Below are positions 21,196 through 35,000 of a DNA stretch of 64,000 bases, in pieces. How positions within the stretch are numbered: position 1 is the stretch's first letter; the number at the start of each line of letters is the position of its first letter. The notes under the pieces were generated by a model, which was not told the DNA's origin, did not search any database, and saw nothing but the letters and a program-made list of their open reading frames with translations. Made by a program: the position numbers and the translations under genes. Source of the stretch: Azolla caroliniana (lineage: Eukaryota; Plantae; Polypodiophyta); NCBI GenBank assembly GCA_043228905.1, contig JBHGNT010000004.1, positions 12,896,001 to 12,960,000 of the forward strand, written 5' to 3'.

Positions 21196-22323
21196 TTTCT
21201 TTTACATTGGACATATTGTATGGACGTGAGCTTCACCTTAAGATTGTTAATGACAATACGTTTGACACTTGAAGGATTCCATGGCATCTTCTACATTGTG
21301 GTATGAATGAATTGGTTAATTGCTCGTTCTGACCACAAGTTTCAAGAAGGTGCTGCCATCCATGTTACGAATGACCTTGTGGATTTCTTTTACATTGGAT
21401 ATATTGTATGGACGTGAGCTTCACCTTGAGATTGTTAATGCCAATATGTTTGACACTTGAAGGATTCCATGGCATCTTCTACATTGTGGTATGAATGAAT
21501 TGGTTAATCGCTTGTTCTGACCACCAGTTTCAAGAAGGTGCTGCCATTCATGCTACGAGTGACCTTGTGGATTTCTTTTACATTGGATATATTGTATGGA
21601 TGTGAGTTTCATCGTGAGATTGTTAATGACAATACGTTTGACACTTGAAGGATTCCATGGCATCTTCTACATTGTGGTATGAATGAATTGGTTAATTGCT
21701 CGTTCTGACCACCAATTTCAAGAAGGTGCTGCCATTCATGCTACGAATGACCTTGTGGATTTCTTTTACATTGGATATATTGTATGGATGCGAGCTTCAC
21801 CTTGAGATTGTTAATGCCAATATGTTTGACACTTGAAGGATTCCATGGCATCTTCTACATTGTGGTATGAATGAATTGGTTAATCGCTTGTTCTGACCGC
21901 CAGTTTCAAGAAGGTGTTGCCATTCATGCTACGAATGACCTTGTGGATTTCTTTTACATTGGATATATTGTATGGATGTGAGCTTCATCGTGAGATTGTT
22001 AATGACAATACGTTTGACACTTGAAGGATTCCATGGCATCTTCTACATTGTGGTATGAATGAATTGGTTAATTGCTCGTTCTGACCATCACTTTCAAGAA
22101 GGTGCTGCCATTCATGCTATGAATGACCCTGTGGATTTCTTTTACATTAGATATATTGTATGGACGTGAGCTTCACCTTGATATTGTTAATGACAATGTG
22201 TTTGACACTTGAAGGATTCCATGGCATCTTCTACATTGTGGTATGAATGAATTGGTTAATCGCTTGTTCTGACCACCTGTTTCAAGAAGTTGCTGCCATT
22301 CATGCTACGAATGACCTTGTGGA
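21196..22323. repeat. 188-bp tandem repeat, 6 copies, in WDR26 intron 1
   Basis: Units start at 21196, 21384, 21572, 21760, 21948 and 22136. Confidence 0.97.
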
Positions 22324-23293
22324 GAAGACTTAATTAAATCTGTGAATAAAGGAACAACCGTGAGACCTAGTTTAATAACCACTGCAGGTTCCTAATTGGT
22401 TAAGTGATCATAATTGATTTATCATTCATGAGCCCCCATCATATAGTCTTTCAACTATATTACAGTTGCCCATATATAGTTGAGGAAAACCAACTATTCC
22501 AAAATGTCCTATCAGAGCTCCAATGTTTCTAAACGCTCTTAAAACCTGGTTGTATGCCAATAATTTTGTACATAGGATTGGCAATTACTAGCCAGAAGGA
22601 TTGAACATGTAGGAATTCCAGCCATAGCTAACACGAAATGTGAAGAGTGCAGAGGAATTGTTGGAGAAGCAATTTGCTCACTGCTTCTTTTACCATGCAA
22701 GGGGATAGTTGTGTATGCACAGAAGGTTGAGCTGCATTTGTTTGAATAATAGGCTTTGCAATGTCTTGTCTTGCAGAAACAAGCTCTTGCCGTTGTGCCT
22801 CTCAAGACTCTAGCTATTTTGTTTCCTTTTGAGATATGGAAGGGCCATGCATGTACTACCTAAATTTGCTTTTCATATCAGCCTCTGAAATTAAATTACA
22901 ACAATCAAGGATTGTATCTTGAGCACGATCTCATCCTTACTTGATGCTGTTGGGCTAGACTCACCATCTTCATAGCAAGACCACCAGATTCATCCAGTGC
23001 TTGAGTTTTGTGATTAGAAGAGGAAACCTCTTCCACAATATTTTCTCTGTTTCTAGCCATTGGCTGCAAAGTCACTCTCTCAATTCTTCCACCAGCATCT
23101 AAACGTGTGTCACTTTATAATGTTAAAGGCTTTGGAAGATAGTTTGCATGTGCATTGGTTGTTTAAATAGATGGTCTGTCAGTCTCTAAGATTTTGCAAC
23201 TAGAACCTTATTTGTATTCTAGGAAGTCAAATTATATCGGTAATTCTTTTACTTTTAAAAGAATAATGCTAAGGTCAGGCTCCCCTGCCTCAG

Positions 23294-23395
23294 ATTTTGG
23301 AAGACCATGAGAATGAAGTCTGGTTTTTGCAATTTTCTCACAATGGGAAGTTTTTAGCTTCTGCATCAAAAGACCACACAGCAAAAATTTGGGAG
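23294..23395 (+). CDS. WDR26: WDR26 coding exon 2 (first WD40 repeat; not in the ORF track)
   Basis: CAG acceptor at 23291-23293. Translates ILEDHENEVWFLQFSHNGKFLASASKDHTAKIWE. GT donor at 23396. Confidence 0.93.
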
Positions 23396-23476
23396 GTAAC
23401 CTCTTGAATTTTTTTTTATTACCCTTAGAATGCAATTTCAGAATGTTATTTTATTTACATATTTTTTATTGATCAG

Positions 23477-24100
23477 GTGGTGAGTGAAGACATTGTCAAT
23501 CTGAAGTGCACTTTGGTAGGCCATGAAGAGGCCATTTCTTTGGTTTCTTGGAGTCCTAATGATCAAATGATTTTGACTTGTGGCCATGAAGAAGTGGTGA
23601 AATTGTGGGATGTTGAGTCTGGAATATGCAAACTCACATTTGACAAGCCAACTAAGAATTTTACTGCATGTGCATGGTTCCCAGATGGGAAGCGGTTCAT
23701 CTCAGGTGGAGGTGACAAATATATTTACATATGGGATGTAACTGGAAGACAATTGGATAGTTGGAAGGGGCATAGCGAACATCATATCCATGACATGTCT
23801 GTGACCCCAGATGGAGGTCGGATTATTACTATCAGTGACAAGCATATTAGGATTTATAATCTGGAGACAAAATTAGAACAAGTAATTAGTGAAGAAAAAT
23901 CTGTGACATCCCTTTCACTCTCTGGAGATGGGAAATTAGCACTAGTGAACCTTTTGAACCAAGAAATTCATTTGTGGGATATTGAAGATAACCGGCTACT
24001 ATCAAAATACGTTGGACATAGGCAAACCCGCTATGTCATCAGGTCATGCTTTGGGGGAGCTAATCAAGCCTTCATTGTAAGCGGTAGTGAAGACTCACAG
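23477..24100 (+). CDS. WDR26: WDR26 coding exon 3 (WD40 repeats)
   Basis: AG acceptor at 23475-23476. GH...WD repeats and YVIRSCFGG...SGSEDSQ. GT donor at 24101. Confidence 0.94.
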
Positions 24101-24546
24101 GTTAGTTTTAACTTGATGCCTTCACAAACTGAGCAAGGAAAATAAAAATTATAAGGGGATGACAATACCATATCCTCAAGTGTTTCCTCAATAGCCCTAG
24201 GTATTATTATTTCCCCAAATGCCATTTTCAACCCTCTCTCGAGCAATTAGGTCTGCTATTTGAGCAGTTATGTTGTCAATTCTTCCCTTTTTTCTCTATT
24301 GTGTTTGTTAATTTTAGCAATGATATGGTCAACTCGTTCCTCCTCCCTTTAAGGGTTGATCAAGGGAACCTGGGGAAATAACAGACGAATGAGCATTTGG
24401 GAAATAAAGAAACACTTGGATATTTCAGGGTTTTTCCATTATAATAATGCTGAAACACAAATCGGACATTCCTAATGTTGCACAGTTGATGCTTATATTA
24501 TGCTGAAAACTAATTGCTTGACTATAGCTGGTTATGAATATTACAG

Positions 24547-24780
24547 GTGTACTTATGGCACAGGAGAAAGGGTGAACTTTTGGAGGTATTGCCTGGTCAT
24601 GCAGGGACTGTTAACTGTGTCAGTTGGAATCCGACTAAACCCTCGATGTTTGCATCTGCTAGTGATGATTATACAATACGCATATGGGGCTCAAAAAAGC
24701 TCAAATTGATTGCAAAGGAATCAAGTGCTAGCAATGGTGATGTTCATGTGGGGAATGGGTTCTCCACACCATGTTTTTGA
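24547..24780 (+). CDS. WDR26: WDR26 coding exon 4 (last WD40 repeat and stop); spliced product about 610 aa
   Basis: CAG acceptor at 24544-24546. VYLWHR...[15 protein letters not shown]...[13 protein letters not shown], ending TGA. Confidence 0.93.
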   Translation: MYLWHRRKGELLEVLPGHAGTVNCVSWNPTKPSMFASASDDYTIRIWGSKKLKLIAKESSASNGDVHVGNGFSTPCF

Positions 24781-26414
24781 TTAAGTTTACACCCAAAGGT
24801 TTCCTCCTTATTGCCAATGTTTCAATGTCTTTTTTTGGTGCCTCATGTGATTTAGCAATTTAAGTTGTTCTCTCCTGGTTTGTGTAGGGGATAAAAATAT
24901 ATAACCTTTCAGCACTGGAGCTCTTTTTATCCATTGCAAACAGATAAAATAGAACCTCAGGATGAGTTGTTGGCATCTTTCTTCTCAGCATGCTTTGCAA
25001 GGTGACTTGTTTCATTGAACCCAAACATATTCATTGCACTGGTTTGGTTGATATGAAACTTGTTTGTTATACGAGGAATATCATACTTACAAAATGGGTT
25101 CAACAAATGAGGTATATTGTTGCTAAAGGCAAGTGGAACTCGCGATGTCTCAATGTCCATGTTCTAATGCATCTACATTCTCTCTATCTTGAGATGAAGT
25201 ACATATATCTTTAGAGCTAACGTCAGTGTGATAAACCCAAAAAACTGTTTCTTGTTTCTGCTGCAATGTTTATTGTAGTAATTCATTTATGAATTTTTCA
25301 GTGTTAATTGTCTTACCTCATTCTGTGATATTCAATAGTGATAAAGAAAATATTGCCTCTCAATGAAGGTTGAATTGTTCTTTATTATGCATTTGCTTGA
25401 AATGTGGATAATCAAATGTGTTGGTTGCCACAGTAATTTCAACATGTTGGTCCAATGTTTGGATTGTTTATTGAGGATATGGTTTTTGTTTCACGTTTAT
25501 CATTCATGGACTCAATTGAGTATCATTTCGGGAAAGTTCCTATTCAATTCTTTTATCTCCCTACTCCTTGATGAATGAGTGATGTTTTTATCAATGAAAT
25601 GTGTCTCATCTCTTCTTTATTTGATGTTTTTTGTCATTGATGATAATTTTAGAGGATAATGTAAGCCTACGGCAATCAATCTTCCATATGTATAAGGATG
25701 TGTTAAGCACCTCTCATCTGTAGTACAAACAATGAAGACATTGGCAATGACAAGGTCATGAGAAGAAGACACATCTCAAACCTTTAGACCAAAAGGCCAC
25801 CCCAATTTGAAATGGGATACTACCCGTTAAAGGTTGTGTAAAAGAGCTATGAAAGTCACTTTCTAAGTGACTTTTTAGCTTCTTTCCACAAGCTTAAAAA
25901 GCAAGAGCCCTTTTCGTATTCTAAGCTTGGCTTGTGCTTTTTCACCTACCTCTCCTTTGTATTAGATTGTCAAACCCAAAGGACCAAGAACAAAGCAGGC
26001 AAGCCCTTGCAACCAAAAAGGAACTAAATATGCATAGCAAGAGATGACCTCAAGTTTGGAAATCATGTTTTGAATTGTAGAGGATATCCTAGAGTAATGC
26101 TTAGCTCATGATATAAATATTATATTTTTGTTTGAAAATTGGGGAAATGAAGCTTAATATTGATGGCTATGTCATATAATCTATATGGCCTTGCATTAGA
26201 AATCATATTGTGTGAGCAAGAGTAGCATTACTATCTATGGTATGTAAGTATGATGAATATATAAGATATACGTGGGTTGAGGTAACATAGTGTAAAGGTA
26301 AACTTCATATGTGCTAACATTCACATACATGTGGGTTGAGGTAACATTATGTAAAGGTAACTTCATGTGGCATGTTGTTGCGTTCTCCGTAGAGAATCCA
26401 ACTACTATGTTTAT

Positions 26415-26829
26415 ATGAGCTAGATCATGATGATCATTTTTCCAATATATGTGTTGACATTCTCATATATGAGAAGATTGGAAAAGTTTTGGTTGTGGGA
26501 GATTTTAATGTTAGAGTTAGAACTTACCAAAAACTGTGGAAGTTGTTGATAATCTAATGCACTCAGATTTAACACATGACCAAGAAGATTATACCATGTC
26601 AAGAACTGGAGCTTTCAATAATGAGCTAGATCATGATGATCATTTTTCCAATATATGTGTTGACATTCTCATATATGAGAAGATTGGAAAAGTTTTGGTT
26701 GTGGGAGATTTTAATGTTAGAGTTAGAACTTACCAAAAACTATGGAAGTTGTTGATAATCTAATGCAGTCAAATTTAACACATGATCAAGAAGATTATAC
26801 CATGTCAAGAACTGGAGCATTCAATAATG
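26415..26829 (+). repeat. 206-bp tandem duplication containing a LINE APE-endonuclease-like fragment
   Basis: Units at 26415 and 26621. Translates IGKVLVVGDFNVRV (GDFN motif). Confidence 0.7.
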
Positions 26830-27830
26830 CGTCTTTCAATTGTTGAACAACTTGTGTATGTTCATCAGTCCAAATAAACTTCTTCCCTTTTCTTAAAAGT
26901 TGGTAGATAGGATCTGATACATGTGCAAAGTGTGGTAACCAAAGATGATAAAACACACATGCACCTAAAAATCTTCTTACCTTCGTTACCGATTCGCAAA
27001 CCTTCTTCATATTTTGTATTGCATTAATTTTGATCGGTGAAGGCTTCCTCCCATACCAGCCACACATATGACCAACTATCAGAACTTTGTTCTGCCCAAA
27101 GGTTGACATTATTCTTGATAGTGTCAAATGTACCTGCTCAAGCTTATTTAAAATACTTTCACAATCATTAATCTGATCCATCACAAGCTTTATGCAACCA
27201 TTTCCAACCATAGTCTCATCTTTCTCTCTTTCTAAGCATCCTTTAATAGGAATATCATCTAAAAATGGCATAGTTACCTTTGGGATGTATTCATGTAGAA
27301 CTTTGTTCATTTCATTCATCATATGAGCAACTGAATTTGTCGCATCTTGAGGTATAGTGCACATTCAAACTAACCCAATTGGTGTTTTCATTGTTGTGAT
27401 ATTGCGACTATCAATTGCTAGTTGAAATTGGTTGTATCCTGAATATAGGTCTCCCACAGAGTAAATCGCTCTCCCAGCAAAAGCTTCCGCAAATTCATCA
27501 ACGATCGGCCTAATTCCTGCATTTGGGATTGTGACTTTGTTGATTGGTTGTAGATCTTGAATGAATATTAGAGAACCATCTTTCTTTGGAACTATGAACC
27601 ATCTATTGGAGTATGGTGCATTTGAAGGCTCTAAAATCTTCATCTTAAGTTTATCCTTTAGCAGCTCCAACAATTGAGGTAATCGAGCTCTCAGTACTGC
27701 AATAGGTTTACAATTCTAAGGAGTATGAGGGATAGTAAATATTACCATTGGCGTCACCACCTTTGGATCTACAAAACCAATCTCCTCAACTTTGAATGCG
27801 AACGCTTTCCCATGCCTAAAGATCCCATGT
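26795..27830 (-). pseudogene. Phygy-like gypsy RT fragment (AT-rich, no LTRs)
   Basis: EPSNAPYSNRWF, DLYSGYNQFQL, PFLDDIP, RRFLGACVFY; homologous to B RT. Confidence 0.9.
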
Positions 27831-27834
27831 CTCG

Positions 27835-29024
27835 TTTTTGCATAAGGCTTGCATTTCTTCATTCATCGCGTCGACCCAACGCGGGTCCTTCACGGCTTCG
27901 GAAAGTGTTTCCTTCTCTCAGACATTCGCTACCTTCATCATAAAGGCGTAATGATACACCATGTACTCGTCGTAGCCGAATCGGCTTATGAGGTTCTTTT
28001 CACGGGTGGACCGGCGTAGCTTCTCATTTGCGGAGACTAATGCTTTCTTCGCTCCATTCGTTTGGATGATCGGGATGTCCAGGACTTCGAACTCACTGTC
28101 AAAGGAGTGAGTTGACTCATTGTCGATTGGATCTTCATATTCAAACCTCTACTATGTGCCGATTCTTTCGTTCGGCTACACCATTTTGCTGAGGTGTATG
28201 TCGACACGAGAATTCTCATCGTATTCCTTCCTTTCGGTGATATGTCGTAAACTTGTCCGAGCAATATTCTTTGCCTCTATTCGCTTGAAGGCAGCGTACG
28301 TGCCAACCAGTGGCTTTTTCGACTCCATTCTTGAACCTTTGGAAGTGGCCAAACACTTCGCCCTTCTGTTTCATCGGGTAGAGCAAGGTATGCCTAAAGA
28401 AGTTGTCGATGAATGTGACGTAATATCGGCAACCACCGAATGTTGCCGGTGGGGCTAGTCCCCACACATCTGAATGTACTACATACAGGATCCCTTTACT
28501 CACATTCCTCTCTTTCGGGAACAGATGTCGGTGTTGTTTTCCAAATTGGCACACCTCGCATATGCCTGTAATCTCTTTCTCAGTAATGTCGAGAGTCCGA
28601 TTACAACTCCTTTCGACTACATGTTCTGGAGCTTTTGGAGATTGATTTGGCTGATTCTCTTCTGCCACAGTTTCAAGTCTGTTTCGACTTTGAGGCCTTT
28701 TGTGAACATAACCGATTTCACCTCCTCTAATTCGAGGATGAACATTTGGCCTTCTCGGCGTCCATGTGCTATGATTTGATCGTCCTTTTCGATGAAGCAC
28801 CCTTCATTATTGAATCATACTTGCATACCTTGTTCGACAATCTGGCCTACCGAGACCAAGTTTTTCGTGATAGTTGGGACATGCAAGATGTTCTTGAGGT
28901 AGGTTTGTTTGCCGTCATTTCCGAATGAAATATTTCCGACATGCCGAATTGGGTGAGTCGTATCGTCTCTGGTTTCAACATAGCCGGGTTGATCGGGCTT
29001 TCGTAATTCTCGAAACCAATCTTC
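27835..29024 (-). pseudogene. Copia (A/E-like) PR-INT fragment with internal deletions
   Basis: CEVCQFGKQHR, HSDVWG, VPTITKNLVSVGQ. Cut at 29025 by element D. Confidence 0.85.
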
Positions 29025-32000
29025 TGTTAGGAATATGTCCCTCCAGTGGGAGGAGCCGATTGTTTGGGCCAAGAAGTGCCGACAATCGAAGACTAGGAGG
29101 AGCAAACTACTTGGGCCGAGTACCGATAGTTGAAGAGTCGATTGCGAGAGTTGATAGAAAGGAGATCTAGGTCGAAGACGCGACTGACTAGTCGGGCCTA
29201 CCAGATGGTCGATGACCAGGATGACTAGTCGGACAGGCTGGACAATCAACACTAGGGTCAACTGATGTGCACTCATTATTATAGATAATAATAGTAGTGT
29301 TGTGTAGTAGTGGCTACATTTGTAAATAGCCCATACAAGGTATAAGTATAAATACACCTAGGTCTAGTAGTGTTAGTTGTGTGTGTGAGTGAGGCAGAAC
29401 CGTGTGTGATCCTCTGTTGTAGAGAACGACAGAGAAGAGTGAGAACGTAAAGAGAGACTGTGAGAGCGGCACCATAGCCGTGTTCTGTAAGAGCCCTGCG
29501 TGGCTGCTACACTTAGATTAGAGAGTGTTGTACTCTAATACCGTCCTTGTATATCCACTATATATAGTGAAGTTCCGTTCTTCGTGGTTTTCTCCCGCTT
29601 TAGGGTTTCCACGTCAAATCTGTGCACATTGTCTTCTGTGTTTCAGAACTGTGTATTTTAGCGGATTCCTTTATTGTGGATTGACGATTCGTTTCTCAAC
29701 AAACTGGTATTAGAGCTTGAGGTGCACGCATGGAAGGAGGTGTGAGCGGCTTCCTAGGAATGATAGTTCTGAACTCTTAGAACTATGCAGAATGGAAGAT
29801 AAAGATGAAGGACCTTCTCATTGTCAAAGACTTGTACGAGCCGATTTACAGAGTAGAAATACCCACGGGAGTATTAGAGTCGGAATGGAAACTTCTCAAC
29901 AGAAAGGCGGTGGCCACCATCCGCTAGTGTGTCGATGTAAGTGTCCTTCAACATGTGGTGAACGACACGAATGCCCACGAGATGTGGCAGAAATTGTCAG
30001 GTCTATACGAGAGGAAGAACACCCTCAATAAAACCTCACTGATGAGAGATTGTACGGTTGAAATACAGAGAGGGTGAGAGCATCGTCGAATACATCAGCA
30101 CATTCATGGGGTATGTGAATCAACTTGCTACAACCAAGTTTCCCCTCAATGATGCCATGCAGGCCATCTTGCTGATGTGCACACTGTCGAATAGCTGGGA
30201 GAACCTGGTGGTTACTCTCAACACCTCATGTCAAGAAGGGAACTTGTCTTTACAAGTGGTGAAGACAAGCATCCTGAATGAGGAAGCGAGAAGGAAGGAC
30301 AAGGGTGTTCTAGTCCAGCCGGAGTCAAATATGACTCAACACATCGGCAGAAGGAGGAACCGACAATGAAGTCCACCTAAGAGAGAAAATTTTCAAGCTA
30401 GGTTGAAGTCCAGAGGTAAGCTCGTGTGCTTCTATTGTGGAAAACCTGGACACTTCTAGAAGGACTGTCGACACATGAGGAAGGACAAAAGTGTCGGTAA
30501 TGGTGCCGAACCTAGGAAGATTCCTGATGAAACGAGCACTTTAGCCATTGCTATGAGCAATGAAGAACTATTGTTCATTTGCGAACAGACAAGTGCAAAC
30601 CTTGCGAGTGAAGAATGCACTTGGGTGATCGACTCCGGTGCATCCTTCCACATAACTCCGTCGAGAGAGTATTTCTTGACTTACATAGATGATGACCATG
30701 GTTATGTAAAGATGGGCGACAGTGGGGAGTGCAGGGTAGCCGGAATCGGAAGTGTCTGCCTGACGACGCCGACGGGGTGTCGGTTAACTCTAAAGGATGT
30801 TCGATAGGTCCCCGATATCAGATTGAATCTGATATTGACAGGAAGACTGGACGACAAAGGCTATAATGGTAGTTTTCAAAATGATAAGTGGAAGTTCTGC
30901 CGAGGAAATCTTATAGTGGCCCGAGCACAGGAGGAAGGCACATTGTATACGATGCAAGCCCGACTGCCCGACTCGGAAGTGAATGTGGCGACCGACTCGG
31001 TAGGACAGATATGACATAAGAGACTAGGCCACATGAGTGAGAAGGGACTACATTTGTTGGCCGACAAGAGGCTTCTACTAGAGGTAAAGGGATTGCACCT
31101 AGAAAAGTGTGTCGACTGCTTAGTTGGAAAGCAGAACAGAGCAACATTCCACTCCAGACCACCAAAGAGAAGAGAAGAGCCACTAGAACTAGTACACATG
31201 GATGTGTGCTATGTAGATGCTCCGTCACACCGAGGCAAACAGTACTTTGTGACCTTTATCGATGACTACAGTCAAAAGTTGTGGGCTTTCGTATTAAAGT
31301 CAAAAGATCAAGTACCGTCATTCTTGAAGGAGTTCCAGGCAAGAACCGAATGGGAGTCAGGTTGGAAGTTGAAGGTTGTCCAAATCGACAATGGTGGCGA
31401 ATATAAAGGGCAGTTTGAGGAATACTGCAAAGCCCAGGGTATTCGAATCGAATACACCATACCAAGGACCCCTAAGTTGAATGGGATTGCAGAGAGGATG
31501 AATTGAACAATCATGGTGAGAGTAAGGAGCATGCTCTCTCATGCTGAACTGCCAAAATCCTATTGGGTTGAAGCGATGTATACAACTGTTTATCAGATCA
31601 ACAGGTATCCCTCAATGACATTGAAGGGTGATGTCCCATAGAGGGTGTGGTTAGGAAAGGAAGTCTCCTATTAACACCTAAGGGTGTTCGGATGTTTATC
31701 GTATATGCATGTGGCTAAGGATCAGAGGTCGAAGCCATGCATATTCATGGGATACTCGGAAGATGAGATTGGCTATAGGCTATGGGACCTAGTCGACAAG
31801 AAGGTAGTGAGGAGTCGGGATGTAGTCTTCTTAGAAGACAAGACCATAGAGGACTGGAAGCAATAGAAGTCAGAATTGACTAACCAGCCAACCTCTAGTA
31901 CTATCGACTTGAGGCCAAGTGAACTGACACAGTCGACTGTTCGGAGACAGCCAGTCAACACAACCGATTACGCGTTTGTCGACTCGAAGAGACCAACCTG

Positions 32001-35000
32001 TTAGGATTTCGGTCCCTCCAGATGGGATATGAGAACCCAGCAACGCAGACCCGGTGAGAACCGGATGATGAGTACCCAACAAGGAAGACCCGGTGAGAAC
32101 CGGATGACGCAGGCATGGTGAGAACCTCTCACTGGATGAAGGGACATATATGGAAATATGTTTTTGAGAGCCCATTGGGGCTATATCTGTAAATAGTCCT
32201 AAAGTCATATTAGTATAAATATGACCTAGGGCAAACAGAGTGAGTGTATCATTGCGTTGTCATTATTTTGTATAGAGTTATTGGTGTAACTGTTGTACAG
32301 AGCGTAGGAGAGGGAAAGAGAGAGAGAGACAGAGTGAGTCTCTGTTGTAACCGCCGCCAGGCGAAGATTGTGAGCACGAGGTCATTGCCTATGTGTTCCC
32401 CTGTTGTATTCTCCTTACATAGTGATAGTTTGGAGTATGTGGGCTCCCGTGGTTTTCCTCGTTTAGGGGTTTCCACGTTAACATCATGTGCATTCTCTTC
32501 TGTTTGTGTACTTACTTCCATTTCTCATTTCTTCTGTGTTTGATTATCATTAAGTGATCTAAGTCTCGGTTGTGGCCGAAGATTATTCTGCATATTTTCT
32601 ACAATCTTGTATCAGAGCGAAACGACACAGAAAATGGAAGATTTGTTTGGAGGCATGTTCAAGCTCACCGGCCCCAACTACTCAGTGTGGAAGTTGAAGA
32701 TAAGGGACATGCTCGTGGTCAAAGATCTTTGGTTGCCGGTTCAGTTCGGGGACAAGAGACCAAACAAGATTGACACCACAGTGTGGGAGGTAATGCACAT
32801 GAAGACAACGACATACATCCGGTGCTTCATCGACATGAGCTTGTACAACAACTTCAATGAAGAGTGCAAGGCTCATGAACTCTGGGAGAAGATCAACATC
32901 ACATTCCAAAACAAGAATGCTGTTAATCGGGTTTCGGTATTCCGGAAGCTAGTGCGGCTCCGGTACCAAGACGGCTCCGGTATAGCGGAGCACATGAATG
33001 CCTTTCAGGGGCTTATTCACCAGGTAACATTGTTGGAAGTACCTCTCACCGATGAGGTACTAGCATTGCTCCTGCTCAGTTCCCTCCCAGATAGTTGGGA
33101 GATGTTAGTTGTCACGTTGGGCAATGCCGGGCCGGAAGGAAAAAAACTATCCCTAGCAAGAGCCAAGTTGAGCTTGCTAGATGAGGAGGCGCGTCGGAAA
33201 GACAAGGATACGATCTCCGACTCCAAAGCGCTCCTTACCGAATTGGAAAGCGGAAGACAAAGGAACCGTAGTCCCCAGAACCGGGAAAAGTCGGGGACAC
33301 GGTCAAAGTCAATGGGGAGGCCTACTTGCTTCTATTGCGGCAAGCCGAGACCCTTCCAGAAGAATTGTCGGCACTTCTGAAAAGATAAGGAAACCGACAG
33401 TACTGATTCGAAGCGGTCACCGGACTGGAACAGTAAAGACCGGAGGGGACCGGACCGGAAGGGAACGACGGCAATCACGAGAAGTGAAGAAGAGTTGATG
33501 CTCATCACCGAGGAGAGTGAGTTGAACCTTGCCGGCGATGAGACAACGTGGGTAGTCGACTCCGGAGCGTCGTTCCACCTCACCCCGGACCGAAAATGCT
33601 TCTCATCCTACACAACCGGTGAGCACGGCTGTGTCCGGATGGGGAATGAAGGGACATGCCGAATTATCGGCATAGGAGATGTGCTGTTGACGACATCAAC
33701 CGGATGCAAGTTGTTGCTGAAGGGTGTCCGACACGTTCCGGAGGTTCGACTAAACCTGATATTAGCCGGTTGGCTAGATGATGAAGGCTACAAAGGTAGC
33801 ATCTGGAATGGTGTCATGAAGTTCTGCAAAGGGAGCCTAATATTGGCTCGGGCCCGAAAAGTCAACACACTGTACCTAAAGAATGCCTGGTTATGTCGGG
33901 AAGACGTGAACGTGGCATCCGACACTACAGGTGAGCTGTGGCACAAGAGATCGTGTCACATGAGCGAGAAGGGGATGAAGAGGCTTGCCGAAGACAACCT
34001 TATTCCGGTGAAGGACGTGCATCTTGAGAGGTGCACCGACTGCTTGGCCGGTAAGCAAAACTGGACCTCCTTCCGATCAAGGCCACCGATGAGATGTAAT
34101 GCACCACTAGAGCTGGTGCATACCGATGTGTGTCAAGTGGACACGAAGTTACATGCCGGATCGTAGTACTTCATGACGTTCATAGATGACCACAGCCGGA
34201 AGTTGTGGGCCACACCGTTGAAGACGAAGGATCAAGTGTTATCCATCTTCAAGGAGTTCCATGCGAGAGTGGAAAGAGAAACCGGCTGGAAGCTGAAGGC
34301 GGTTCAAGCAGATAACGGAGGCGAATACCAGGGGCAGTTTGAGGGGTACTACCGCTCGAAGGGAATCTGGCTCGAATTTACCGTGCCGAAGACGCTGGAA
34401 CTAAACAGGCTGGCCGAGAGGATGAACTAAACCATAATGGAGAGGGTCCGGAGTATGCTAGCACATGCCAAGTTACCCAAGACGTTTTGGGCTGAGGCGC
34501 CATTGACATCGACGTATGTGATAAACATATCATCGTCTGTACCCTTGGACGGAGACATGCCGTAGAGAGTGTGGACCGGTAAGGAAGTGTCTTACCGGCA
34601 TCTGAAGGTGTTTGGGTGTCTTGCTTATGTGCATGTGGCAAAGGACCAGAGAGAAAAGTCGGATCCAAAGTCCCAGCCTTGCATATTCCTCGGATACGGC
34701 GATGATGAGTTTGGCTACCGAGTGTGGGACCCCGTCGACAAGAAGGTGTTCCGGAGTCGAGATATTATCTTCATGGAGAACAAGACCCTTGCCAACTGGG
34801 AGTCGGAGAAGAAGATAATGAACTCTGAGTCGACCGGTAAGGATCGGTTCGATGAGATACGGGCCTACCCGGCTAAGAGCTGGTTGACACTCGAAGAACC
34901 AGCTGGTTACGGAGAGGAAACCAAACTGACCGAGGAAGAAGAAGAAGCAGAAACCGGAACCAGCCAAGACCCTGAATCGGATTTGGATGAAGAACAGACA

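Noticed and set aside
21196-22323. 188-bp array as a CRISPR array or C/D snoRNA cluster
   Set aside because: Whole units are repeated with no unique spacers, there are no cas genes, and the context is a eukaryotic intron. ATGAATGA is not a canonical C box, and no guide complementarity was recognised.
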